A DNA stretch of 64,000 bases from Promethearchaeota archaeon Loki_b31 (GTDB taxonomy: Archaea; Asgardarchaeota; Lokiarchaeia; Sigyniarchaeales; SOKP01). Under the pieces are notes generated by a model, which was not told the DNA's origin, did not search any database, and was given only the letters and a program-made list of their open reading frames with translations. The translations under genes were made by a program, and so were the position numbers. This document shows positions 48,094 through 60,942 of the stretch, one piece after another (the first letter of the stretch is position 1; each line of letters opens with the position of its first letter). The stretch lies in the NCBI GenBank assembly GCA_005222975.1, contig NJBI01000011.1, positions 1-64,000 on the forward strand. The letters are read 5' to 3'.

Positions 48094-48789
48094 TTATCTT
48101 TTTATGGAAATGAAGTCTCTTTCTGCTTCTCCTTCTTTTTTGACAATGGCAATATCAATTCCATTTCCGGATGCCATATCTCTTATGATACTAGAGGAGA
48201 TTGCTTTAATTAAAATTTGCTTTCCTTCTTTAATTGTTAAATTATCTTTATATTTAGCCTCGAGAACGCCGTACGAAAAATTTTGACCGCTCCCCACTGC
48301 GCAAAACTTATCGGGCAAAATTGACCCATAAGCACCAATATTCAAAAGAGTAGGACCTTCTACTTCGGTTACTCCCCCAAGTATGAGTCCAACTTGAAAA
48401 GGATACATTTTATTCTGGTACAAAATGTTGGACAACAATTTCCCAGCGCTTTTAACTTTAATAGTCTTTTCTCTTTTTAATTGATACAACGAAGTTTCAG
48501 CCCGCAAAACATCTATGAGATATTGTGCATCTGCTACGCCTCCAGCAATAGTCATATACAAGTGTTCTTGAATCATAAGCAATTTCTCAGCAGTTTTACT
48601 AGAAACAAAATAACCCATTGACGCTCTTTTATCAGTTCCTAGAATTACCGCGTCTTTAACAACTAAACCGACTGTAGTAGTCCCAGTTTTGAAAGTTTGA
48701 GTTTTAAATTTTTGAGAATTATTAGTAATAATATCGGAATCTCTTGAAAAAACCGACTTAGAGGGTATAATTAAATCTTCTTTTCTCAT
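48094..48789 (-). CDS. psmB: Proteasome beta subunit
   Basis: Propeptide then KTG/TTTVG, DKRAS, AGGVADAQ, GSG, RDMASG. Confidence 0.95.
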   Translation of the reverse strand: MRKEDLIIPSKSVFSRDSDIITNNSQKFKTQTFKTGTTTVGLVVKDAVILGTDKRASMGYFVSSKTAEKLLMIQEHLYMTIAGGVADAQYLIDVLRAETSLYQLKREKTIKVKSAGKLLSNILYQNKMYPFQVGLILGGVTEVEGPTLLNIGAYGSILPDKFCAVGSGQNFSYGVLEAKYKDNLTIKEGKQILIKAISSSIIRDMASGNGIDIAIVKKEGEAERDFISIKR

Positions 48790-48894
48790 AATTTCTTTAA
48801 AGGTCTCTTGTTTTAATAATTTTTTTTAATTTTTTATAAATCGTTGTACTCTTAAACTGATTATTAATATGATTGGTTAAAATTTAGATCTTTT

Positions 48895-49317
48895 TTATTC
48901 GATTTTTCTTGAGATTCTTGAGAGGGGGTGCCCTTTTGCCTTGAGTTCAAGCTCATTGAACCACCCAAAAGGAGGTCTAAGCACATTGAATCCATTCTCA
49001 ATTAATTTTTTCTCAAGATTCTTTAATGCTTTCAAGCCAAATTCAGGATTACTTAATTCGCCAAATAGATGGGCGAAAGAAAGTACAATTATGTTCGACA
49101 CTTTGAGTTGGTTGGCAATTTTTTCGATTTCTTTTATAGCTTTAGGAATGAACTCTGTACTATCCTCATCTCGCTTTTCTACGCTTATGTATAAGGCAAT
49201 TACATTTTCAAATCCATTTTCTCTATTTTCTTCTGTCAATTCTTCAAATATTTTTGAACGGCTTCTCTTTGTCGCCTTAAATCTAAAGTAATCGCAATGA
49301 AAAGAAAGAAATCTCAT
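48895..49317 (-). CDS. Free-standing archaeal threonyl-tRNA synthetase editing domain
   Basis: MRFLSFHCDY, FAHL, RPPFGW, KGHPLSRISR. Confidence 0.85.
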   Translation of the reverse strand: MRFLSFHCDYFRFKATKRSRSKIFEELTEENRENGFENVIALYISVEKRDEDSTEFIPKAIKEIEKIANQLKVSNIIVLSFAHLFGELSNPEFGLKALKNLEKKLIENGFNVLRPPFGWFNELELKAKGHPLSRISRKIE

Positions 49318-49348
49318 AATTTTAATAATATTTTAATTTTTAATAACT

Positions 49349-50434
49349 TTAGGGATTGAACTTGGAAGTTAAAACATCCATTTGCCTCCCGCGATTGTTG
49401 TTTAAGATTTTAATGGCTTTATCAGTATTGTTTTTATCGTGTATTATGCCTGAGATTGATAAAGCAACTGCTCTCGGATCGTCATCGCCGGGATACAATA
49501 CATTTCTTCCAGCTAAACATCCTTTTACGTTTTTCCCAGCAGCTAATCCCATTTCTAGGATTTTAAAAAGATCTATGGGGTTACCTGTACTTTCACCACC
49601 TAGAATTAAAATAGGGTTGGTTGCACTTTTAGCAACAGATTCAAACTTATCAACATATGGCACTTTTAACCAAGTGTTTACCGAACCCCCTCCTAATGCT
49701 GTTGCTATTCCAATCGTTTTAATCATTGATTCTGCATTCTTGTTAACTGTATAATTACTGTCTTGATCGCGTGTCACCGGGAGCGCTTCTATAAACGAGG
49801 GTAGTTTGGATTCGTTACACCGTCTAATCATTTTTGAACATAACACCAAAGTCCTTTGGCTATATTTCGCCATTTTCGTCTCGAAATCTAACCTAACCAT
49901 CATTTTTGCACCGTCCAATTTTAATTTCCTAATATCATCAATAGTATAAGCAGTCACAGGATCGTACATCTCGTAAGGCGAGCCTAAAAGACCTCCTCGA
50001 TTTGTACTTCCTATAAGTATTTTGGTATCGAGGAAACTCTTCCCTCCTAATTGTTTGAAAAGATAGTTCATTATAAACAAATCGTCCATTATATCAGGAG
50101 TCGTCATGATACCATCTACATGATCAAGAGTAAGAACGCGAAGTATTCGTCCCAAATATTCGTGACGATCACCCATTTCCGTATTATTCTGGCCAATCTT
50201 AGTAACACCCCTTGCTGGATGATCAGCAGCAATCATGACGAGATTTTTATTCCAAGGATACTTTCTTTTAACGCGATTTTTATATTCCTCTTCAAGAATT
50301 TCGTTTACATTGCTGAGTCTTACTTCAATTATCTTATAAAATATATCTTCTGGAAAAAAGAGTTTGGTTTCAAATTTATATGAACCAATATCATAATTAT
50401 TATTAATACTTCTTTTGAAAGCCATTTGTTTCAA
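49349..50434 (-). CDS. Class I aldolase-like TIM barrel (Cgl0159-like)
   Basis: IAADHPARG, NRGGL, DGAKMM, WLKVP, PILILGG, GRNVLYP. Confidence 0.75.
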   Translation of the reverse strand: MKQMAFKRSINNNYDIGSYKFETKLFFPEDIFYKIIEVRLSNVNEILEEEYKNRVKRKYPWNKNLVMIAADHPARGVTKIGQNNTEMGDRHEYLGRILRVLTLDHVDGIMTTPDIMDDLFIMNYLFKQLGGKSFLDTKILIGSTNRGGLLGSPYEMYDPVTAYTIDDIRKLKLDGAKMMVRLDFETKMAKYSQRTLVLCSKMIRRCNESKLPSFIEALPVTRDQDSNYTVNKNAESMIKTIGIATALGGGSVNTWLKVPYVDKFESVAKSATNPILILGGESTGNPIDLFKILEMGLAAGKNVKGCLAGRNVLYPGDDDPRAVALSISGIIHDKNNTDKAIKILNNNRGRQMDVLTSKFNP

Positions 50435-50575
50435 ACCGATTCTATTTTAATTTTATGAATGAATGAGAGAATATGAATTGAATGGCTAATATTTTTAAAA
50501 GCCAGAAGTTAATATTTTTTAACAAGGTCTACTTATTATTCATTCAATAAAACTTATTCAGTAAGGTGAACTAAA

Positions 50576-51772
50576 ATTTATTTAACAAAAGAAGAAGAGC
50601 GTATCCTCGATGGAGAAAAGGGAGAGTTGCTTTCAAAATTATTGAGATTGATCGTAAAATTAGGAGACACTTTTGGTGCGGAAAAACTTATTGAAATAAG
50701 TTCGGCTCATACTGTCCTAAATTTTGGTTTAAATTTTGTTAATGCTTCTGCTAAAGTTTTACATCAAATGGCAGAAGATAATTTAAAAGTAAAAGTAAGA
50801 ACAACTGCGGATCCAATTATAGATATGGATTATGCAGACGATTTGGAAGTCATCTATCCGATGTTTTCATTACATGATCAAATGATGAAGGATTTAGAAC
50901 AAATCGGTGTATACGGATTTACATGTACTCCTTATTTTTTAGATAATAAACCAAAGATAGGTGAGCATTGTGCCTGGTCTGAATCATCAGCAGTTATATA
51001 TTTAAATTCAGTTTTAGGTGCTCGCTCAAATCGAGAAGGAGGTCTAGTAGATTTAGCTTGTGCGATTACAGGAAAAACTGCATACCATGGATTACATATA
51101 ACGGAAAATAGAAAAGGTCAAATACTATTTAAAATATCAGCTGATATAAATCTTACTAATGTATTTAATTTGACTTCAATAGGTTTAAAGATTGGAGAAA
51201 TTGCGGGAAATAAAATACCCGTGATAGATGGATTAAGAAATATCTCAACTGATAATTTAAAGAATCTTGGTGCTGCTTCAGCATCTACAGGAGCAGTAGC
51301 TTTGATTCATGTTCTCAATATAACACCTGAAGCTAAGGATCTTAATGAGGCTTTTCAATATGATAAACCAGAAGAGATAATTGAAATAAATATGAAGGAT
51401 CTAAAAGAAGTTAGAGAAAAATATAGTACAGAATGGACTCAAACACCTCAAAATATTAGCATTGGTTGTCCTCAATTAAGTGAAGAAGAGGTAATTAATG
51501 TTCTAAAGAAGCTTAAAGGAAAAAAAATTCTTCAAAATATTAACTTTTGGATATGTACAAATAAAAAAGTGAAAGAATCGATTAAAAATTCTGAATTTAA
51601 CGATATTTTAATTTCTTCGGGGGCAAAAATAACATCTTTATGTCCTCTTTTAACACCCTTGCCAAGACCACTTACAACAAATTCTGCTAAAACTTGTTTC
51701 TATAGTCATGCTTCCTATAGAAATTTAGATGAATGTATTAAAATCGCAACGGAGGGGATTAAAATTGACTAA
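50576..51772 (+). CDS. Aconitase X catalytic subunit (phosphomevalonate/hydroxyproline dehydratase family); probable ATT start
   Basis: (I)YLTKEEERILDGEKG conserved N-terminus, TCTPY, WSESSA, NSVLGARSNREG, IGCP, TNSAK. Confidence 0.85.
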   Translation: MYLTKEEERILDGEKGELLSKLLRLIVKLGDTFGAEKLIEISSAHTVLNFGLNFVNASAKVLHQMAEDNLKVKVRTTADPIIDMDYADDLEVIYPMFSLHDQMMKDLEQIGVYGFTCTPYFLDNKPKIGEHCAWSESSAVIYLNSVLGARSNREGGLVDLACAITGKTAYHGLHITENRKGQILFKISADINLTNVFNLTSIGLKIGEIAGNKIPVIDGLRNISTDNLKNLGAASASTGAVALIHVLNITPEAKDLNEAFQYDKPEEIIEINMKDLKEVREKYSTEWTQTPQNISIGCPQLSEEEVINVLKKLKGKKILQNINFWICTNKKVKESIKNSEFNDILISSGAKITSLCPLLTPLPRPLTTNSAKTCFYSHASYRNLDECIKIATEGIKID

Positions 51773-52205
51773 AATTTTAAAAGGTCGAAGCTTAAGTAAT
51801 GGTATTGTTGAAGGAGAAGCAATAGTTACTAAACAACCTTTTAGTATTTCTGCAGCTTTTACATTTGCACTTATTCAAAAAAGTAAAAAATGTAAAGTCG
51901 CAGATAGAACACATGAACTTTATAAAAAGGATGTGAAAGATAAAATTTTAATTTTTCCTTATCCAATAGGAACAACAACATTAGGTTTTGTCTTGCTTGA
52001 AACAATTGTCCGTAAAATGGGACCTAAAGCCATAGTATGTGAAAAAGGGGAACCTTTAATGAGTTCTGGTGCTGTAGCTGCTGAGATTTTTTTTGATTTA
52101 AAATTTCCTATTATTGATCAAATAGACTTCTCGGAATTAGAAAAAATAGAAAACAATACTATTGTAAAAGTTAATGGAGATGAAGGGTATATTGAGATTC
52201 TTTAA
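51765..52205 (+). CDS. Aconitase X swivel subunit (DUF126)
   Basis: LKGRSL..GIVEGEAIV, KDKILIFP, GPKAIV, VKVNGDEG. Confidence 0.85.
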   Translation: MTKILKGRSLSNGIVEGEAIVTKQPFSISAAFTFALIQKSKKCKVADRTHELYKKDVKDKILIFPYPIGTTTLGFVLLETIVRKMGPKAIVCEKGEPLMSSGAVAAEIFFDLKFPIIDQIDFSELEKIENNTIVKVNGDEGYIEIL

Positions 52206-52219
52206 TTTCTTTTTTAAAA

Positions 52220-52555
52220 TTATAAATGTTCAATTGATTCAATATCCCAGAGAAATTCTTTTAGATCAATTTTGTAGTTATCTCTAATCACAACACCTTC
52301 TTTTTCTAACAAATGTTTTTGGTACTCTCGAGCATCAAAAGATTTCATGGATATTTTTCCTAGTGAATTTATGACTCGATGCCATGGTAAGTTGTATTTT
52401 TTTGTTGATGAGTGTAATAGCCAGGAAACTTGTCTTGCAGCTTGCGGGTTACTTGCTAATTTAGCGATTCTTCCATAAGTTAGGACCTTCCCGCTAGGTA
52501 TATTCTTAATTATTTTGATAACATCTCGAGTGAAATCGCTTGTAATACAAATCAC
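52220..52555 (-). CDS. Alkyltransferase-like (ATL) MGMT-family protein
   Basis: IPSGKVLTYGRIA, ARQV, PWHRV (Trp in place of the catalytic Cys). Confidence 0.88.
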   Translation of the reverse strand: MICITSDFTRDVIKIIKNIPSGKVLTYGRIAKLASNPQAARQVSWLLHSSTKKYNLPWHRVINSLGKISMKSFDAREYQKHLLEKEGVVIRDNYKIDLKEFLWDIESIEHL

Positions 52556-52730
52556 CTTTATTTAGAAGAAACTTTTATAACGATAATCGCCATTTTTCTC
52601 AATCTTAGACATATTACAAAATTAATTAATTTAAGAATAATTATTAATTCTTGATTAAATATCATTCTATAAATTAGATTTACATCGTAAACAATAATTT
52701 ATAACTAAAAAACCTTCATAGTGATTCTGA

Positions 52731-55922
<3,192 letters not shown>

Positions 55923-55933
55923 AGAGTATTTCT

Positions 55934-57070
55934 TTAATTTGTAAATTTTTTTATTTCTTTTAGTTTTCCTCCATCACGAGCAGATCGAGAAGCTTGAATC
56001 CCTGACATGCAGAAATTGGCCCCGACTTTAGCGTGTATTGAAGACTTTGTTCCTTTATTTATTGCTTGTAACCAATCCTCCATAATACGAACGGAAGAAC
56101 CGTAATATAAACCTTCAACTGGAGGTATTATTGTTGATAACTCGTTATTATCAACAATTTTTGATTTTCCTTTTCGATGACGACTCTTACTAATTTTATG
56201 TCCGTCAGTTAGAAATAAACGCCCTGGTTTCCCTATTTGATAACATTCATATGTACCTAAACGACCTATAACCTGAATAATAAGGCGGGAAGGTTCTCTG
56301 GCAAAAATATAGGCGTTAGCGCATTTTGCAATTGCTCCCGTTTCTGTTTTAAATAACCCTACTTGAAACGCTTTAGCGGGATGGCAGATTGGATTTGCTT
56401 GATAACCTCCAATATCATTTGCGTAGCTTATAACTTCAATGAATGGCATAGGTTTTTTAATTCCACCTAACGCAACTTGAGCAGGACCAATCGTGTGTGC
56501 ATACATTAAAGGATCAAATAATTGATACCAAGAATCTATGCGTGGCGCGTCAACATCGCCAAAATTCCCTTCTCTCCACCTATAAGTTACATCGTGCAAA
56601 TATTCAGATTCCGAATAAACAATTGGACCAATCTTGCCAGAAGATGCAAGATGTCCCGCAAATAAAACTTCTGAGTAAAAACAGTAATTTTCTCCAAGTT
56701 GATAAACTTTTCTTGAATTCTCTTCAGCATCTATTATTCTTTTAATGTCCTTTTTTTTAATTGCCATAGGTATTTCAGAAAATACATGTAGCCCTGCCTC
56801 TAGTGCAGCAACGGCTTGATCTGCGTGATATTGAGGGGGGCTACTAATGATAATAGCATCAAGATCAGTTGTATCCAATAAATCTTCAAAAGATTTAGCT
56901 ACTTTTATACCTTTAATTTTATTAAGCATCTGATTCGCATTAGGATCTGGATCGAACCCAACTATCCATCTTGTACGTCCTATTAATCTTGGATGATTTT
57001 TTAGCTCGGATGTATGACTTAACGCATTGAGACCATAACCTACTAAGCCATATCGTAATGCTTCTACCAT
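55934..57070 (-). CDS. Gfo/Idh/MocA oxidoreductase
   Basis: GLVGYG, H..QAVAALEAGLHVFSEIP, ENY. Confidence 0.85.
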   Translation of the reverse strand: MVEALRYGLVGYGLNALSHTSELKNHPRLIGRTRWIVGFDPDPNANQMLNKIKGIKVAKSFEDLLDTTDLDAIIISSPPQYHADQAVAALEAGLHVFSEIPMAIKKKDIKRIIDAEENSRKVYQLGENYCFYSEVLFAGHLASSGKIGPIVYSESEYLHDVTYRWREGNFGDVDAPRIDSWYQLFDPLMYAHTIGPAQVALGGIKKPMPFIEVISYANDIGGYQANPICHPAKAFQVGLFKTETGAIAKCANAYIFAREPSRLIIQVIGRLGTYECYQIGKPGRLFLTDGHKISKSRHRKGKSKIVDNNELSTIIPPVEGLYYGSSVRIMEDWLQAINKGTKSSIHAKVGANFCMSGIQASRSARDGGKLKEIKKFTN

Positions 57071-57147
57071 ATTCTATTATATTATAAGGTAAGTGACATT
57101 TATCTAATTTGCGATATTTTCTTATCAAAATTAATGAAGGTAGAATC

Positions 57148-58473
57148 ATGGAAAAAAGAATTGTTTTAATAGGGGCGGGTAGTTCTTCGTTTGGTCCTGC
57201 TACTTTGATGGATCTTAATCTTAGTTCTGTTTTATCAGGTTCAACTGTTGTTCTTCATGATATTAACGAAGAGAAGTTAGAAATGGTTTATCAAATTGTT
57301 GTAAAAGACAATGAAAAGCTTGGTAATAAGTTCAATATTGAGCAAACAACAATTAGATCGAAGGCATTAAAAGATGCAGATTTTGTTATTTCTTCCATTG
57401 AAAAGGGAGATCGGTTCGAATTGCGTTGGCAAGATAATACAATACCGAGAAAACATGGTTCTACGGAAATGATGGCTGAGAATGGGGGTTCTGGTGGGTT
57501 TTTCCATAGCGCACGACAAATCCCTGAAATTATTAGAATTGCGGAAGATGTTGTAAAAATTTGCCCTAATGCTTTCTTTATAAATTACTCAAACCCCATG
57601 TCCCGAATATGTTTAGCAATTAAAAGAGCTGTTCCTAAACTAAAGTTTGTGGGACTTTGCCATCAAATAGAGTTATTAACAAATCACCATTTACCAAATA
57701 TGTTAGATAGGTATATAAGTGAAATGCAATTAACTACTGGTGGTTTGAATCATTTTGCTTTTCTACTTGGATTAAAAGATTTAACCACTGGAAAGGATTT
57801 AATGCCAGAATTTAACTCAAAATGCTTAGAATATTTCAAAGACAAAAGGGACAGGTTTCATTATGCTGATTTAACTTTCGAAGTATACAAAAGATTTGGC
57901 TATTTTCCTTATGTGGGTGACAATCATATATGCGAATATATACAAATTGGGTCTCATTATACAACAATCCAAGATATAAAGGACTGGATTACAAGAATGG
58001 AACAAGTAAATAAAGGAAGTTATGCTAAACTTTCTAGATATTATAAAAGGCTTAAGAAAGGAACTTATCCAAGAAAGGGAATGTTTATGAGAGATCCATC
58101 TGGAGAACGGGCGATACCAATTATAGAAGCTTTAATTGAAGATAAAAATTCGTATGAAATTGCAGTTAATATACCAAACGACGGAATTATTGAAAATCTC
58201 CCTCAAGATTTGGTGATTGAATGTTCTGCAATTATAAATAAAGAGGGCATACATGGAGTTAAACTAGGTGAAGTTCCAAAAAGTATTGCTGCGATACTCC
58301 GCATAGAAGCTTCAATTCAAGATTTATGCGTTGAAGCAATTTTAAAAGAATCTAAAGATCTTGCTATAGCGTGTATCGCCACAGATGTTAATTGCGGTAG
58401 TTTTAAAATGGCAGAAGCAATATTTAACGAAATGACTGAGCTTCAAAAAGAATATTTACCTGATTTTAAATAA
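57148..58473 (+). CDS. NAD-dependent glycoside hydrolase GH4 (alpha-galactosidase-like)
   Basis: IVLIGAGSSSF, NYSNPM, VGLCH, GLNH. Confidence 0.9.
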   Translation: MEKRIVLIGAGSSSFGPATLMDLNLSSVLSGSTVVLHDINEEKLEMVYQIVVKDNEKLGNKFNIEQTTIRSKALKDADFVISSIEKGDRFELRWQDNTIPRKHGSTEMMAENGGSGGFFHSARQIPEIIRIAEDVVKICPNAFFINYSNPMSRICLAIKRAVPKLKFVGLCHQIELLTNHHLPNMLDRYISEMQLTTGGLNHFAFLLGLKDLTTGKDLMPEFNSKCLEYFKDKRDRFHYADLTFEVYKRFGYFPYVGDNHICEYIQIGSHYTTIQDIKDWITRMEQVNKGSYAKLSRYYKRLKKGTYPRKGMFMRDPSGERAIPIIEALIEDKNSYEIAVNIPNDGIIENLPQDLVIECSAIINKEGIHGVKLGEVPKSIAAILRIEASIQDLCVEAILKESKDLAIACIATDVNCGSFKMAEAIFNEMTELQKEYLPDFK

Positions 58474-58601
58474 TTATAGTGTTTTTAACACAATTTAGAA
58501 GGGTTAATTATGGTTTTAAAAAATTAGGTAAAAATAATAACACTTGTCAAATGATCTTCTATAAACAATAGATCTTACCTTATAGGGTTTGAAAATTAAA
58601 C

Positions 58602-59495
58602 ATGAAAAATCTTACACTTATAGAAGAATTAGGGTTTGAAGCTTCAGATAAAGTTGTTATTTTCCATATTGATGATATAGGTTTCTCTCATGCTTCAAAT
58701 TTAGCTTCATTTAAATGTTTAGACTTAGGAGTAGCGAGCTGTGGCTCTATTATTACCCCGGCACCTTGGTTTTTAGAAGCCGCATCAATTTGTAAAAAAA
58801 ACCCTAAATATGATGTTGGCGTGCATTTAACTCTCACATGTGAGTACGAATTATATCGCTGGCGGGCATTGGGGAGCGTTGATACTAAAACGGGCTTATT
58901 GGATTCAGAAAGATCGCTCTGGCGCACGTCGGAGGAGGCAATTGCAAATGTAACTGTTCAAGCAGCAGAAACTGAAATGCGTTCACAGATTCAAATGGCT
59001 CTCGATAATGGTATTGATGTTACCCACATAGATTCGCACATGGGCACTGTTTTGAATCCCAAATTCCTTCCGTCTTATTTAAAGCTAGCTCAAGAATTCA
59101 ATATTGTTGCCTTTTTACCAAAATTAACTCGAGAAGAATTAATCACCTTGGGACTAGGAGAACATACCGTTGTTTACCTAAAAATGTTTGCAAATTTAGA
59201 AGAAAAAGGTACTCCTCTCATAAACCATGTTATTATTGATACATTGGGAGCGCATCCTAACAAAATAGAATACTATTGCAACAGGTTTGCAGAAATTAAA
59301 CCAGGTCTAACGCATTTCTTATTCCATCCCGCTAAAATGAGCCCTGAATTGAAAGCTATAACCCCGGATTCAGCAAGTTGGCGAGACCTAGATTTTGGAG
59401 CATTTACTAATCCGCATATTAAAGAGTGTGTTGAGAGGCACGATTTAAAAATAATTGGATATAAAGAAATTCGTGATTATATTAGAAATCAATAA
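58602..59495 (+). CDS. ChbG/YdjC-family carbohydrate deacetylase
   Basis: HIDDIG, GVHLTL, THIDSHMG, HPA. Confidence 0.88.
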   Translation: MKNLTLIEELGFEASDKVVIFHIDDIGFSHASNLASFKCLDLGVASCGSIITPAPWFLEAASICKKNPKYDVGVHLTLTCEYELYRWRALGSVDTKTGLLDSERSLWRTSEEAIANVTVQAAETEMRSQIQMALDNGIDVTHIDSHMGTVLNPKFLPSYLKLAQEFNIVAFLPKLTREELITLGLGEHTVVYLKMFANLEEKGTPLINHVIIDTLGAHPNKIEYYCNRFAEIKPGLTHFLFHPAKMSPELKAITPDSASWRDLDFGAFTNPHIKECVERHDLKIIGYKEIRDYIRNQ

Positions 59496-59616
59496 TCAGT
59501 ACTTGACTAAATAATAATACACCTTCTTCCTATTAATTTAAATGAGATCAATTTAAGTTTTTACAAAATAAATAAAAAAAATGTTAGAAGAAATTATAGG
59601 ATTTAAGTTTTGTTTG

Positions 59617-60768
59617 TTATTTCCTCTTTCTTCTTAGTAATATTACGACTGCAACGCCTATTACTGCTCCTCCAACAATAACCGAAGATATAATAATTAG
59701 TTCGAAAGGAATTGCTCCTCCAGGCTTTCCCGGGTTTGTCGGGTCGGAAACATCGATGACCACCAAACCCTCACCATTCGCCATGTAGGCGTAATCTCCA
59801 ACCACATAAACATCAAATGCAAATCCGTTCGTGTTTGCGTAGACAGGCGTTCCAGGGTTTGTCGGGTCGGAAATGTCGATAACCGCCAAGCCCCAACCAC
59901 CATCTGCCACATAGGCGTAATCTCCGCTCACGTAAACACCATGTGCTTTTCTGATCGTGTCTTCGTAGATGGGCGTTCCCGGGTTTGTTGGGTCGGAAAT
60001 ATCGATGATCGCCAAGCCAGACTCATAATCCGCCACATAGGCGTAATCTCCAACCACATAAACGTCAAATGCATATCCGTCCGTATCTTCGTAGACGGGC
60101 ATTCCCGGGTTTGTCAGGTCGGAAACATTGATGACCGCCAAGCCCAAATTACCAGCCGCCACATAAGCGTAATCTCCGCTCACGTAAACGCCACGTGCCT
60201 GTCCTGTCGTGTTTTCGTAGACGGGCGTTCCCGGGTTTGTAGGGTCGGAAACATTGATGATCGCCAAGCCCGACTCACGATCCGCCACGTAGGCGTAATC
60301 TCCGCTCACGTAAATGCCAATTGCAATTTCGGGTGTGTCTTCGTAGATGGGCGTTCCCGGGTTTGTCGGGTCGAAAATGAAGATGACCGCCAAGCCCGAA
60401 CTACCAGCCGCTACATAGGCGTAATCTCCGCTCACGTAAACGTTTTCTGCCCATCCGGTCGTGTTTTCGTAGATGGGCGTTCCCGGGTTTGTCGGGTCGG
60501 AAATGTCGATGACCGCCAAGCCCGAATCACGATCCGCCACATAGGCGTAATCTCCGCTCACGTGAACGCCACATGCATATCCGGTCGTGTCTTCGTAATA
60601 AACAGAAGATTCTTGGGGTGGTCGTGTATTAATAATCTTGTTAGAATTCTTTTCTTCAATGGGAATTTCGATATCTCCCTGTGCACTTATTAACATATTT
60701 GGAATTACGATAAACATTGAAATGAGTAGAATAATCAGCAAGATTTTTTTCTTTTTTGATTTCTGCAT
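59617..60768 (-). CDS. Secreted LVIVD-repeat protein with C-terminal membrane anchor
   Basis: Signal peptide; seven 42-aa repeats (VSGDYAYVA..GLAVIDISDPTNP); C-terminal TM followed by RRKRK. Confidence 0.9.
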   Translation of the reverse strand: MQKSKKKKILLIILLISMFIVIPNMLISAQGDIEIPIEEKNSNKIINTRPPQESSVYYEDTTGYACGVHVSGDYAYVADRDSGLAVIDISDPTNPGTPIYENTTGWAENVYVSGDYAYVAAGSSGLAVIFIFDPTNPGTPIYEDTPEIAIGIYVSGDYAYVADRESGLAIINVSDPTNPGTPVYENTTGQARGVYVSGDYAYVAAGNLGLAVINVSDLTNPGMPVYEDTDGYAFDVYVVGDYAYVADYESGLAIIDISDPTNPGTPIYEDTIRKAHGVYVSGDYAYVADGGWGLAVIDISDPTNPGTPVYANTNGFAFDVYVVGDYAYMANGEGLVVIDVSDPTNPGKPGGAIPFELIIISSVIVGGAVIGVAVVILLRRKRK

Positions 60769-60942
60769 TGATTTACACCGCTATCTTTAATTTTTTTAAA
60801 GATATCGTTTTAATATTAAGATATTATTATTTATAAAGAATGTGGTTGGTAATTGAAAACGACAGATTTCCGTTGCCCCCGCTATAATGGAAAGAAAATT
60901 ATATCAACTCTTTCGAACGTGCTGAATGTAGTTTAAAATTTA

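Noticed and set aside
59941-60693. 250-aa plus-strand repetitive ORF and other antisense ORFs such as 1726-2346 and 4884-5471
   Set aside because: Shadows of real genes on the opposite strand.
60841-60900. ATTGAAAAC resembling a CRISPR repeat end
   Set aside because: Single occurrence with no repeat-spacer periodicity; no CRISPR array or cas gene seen in the window.
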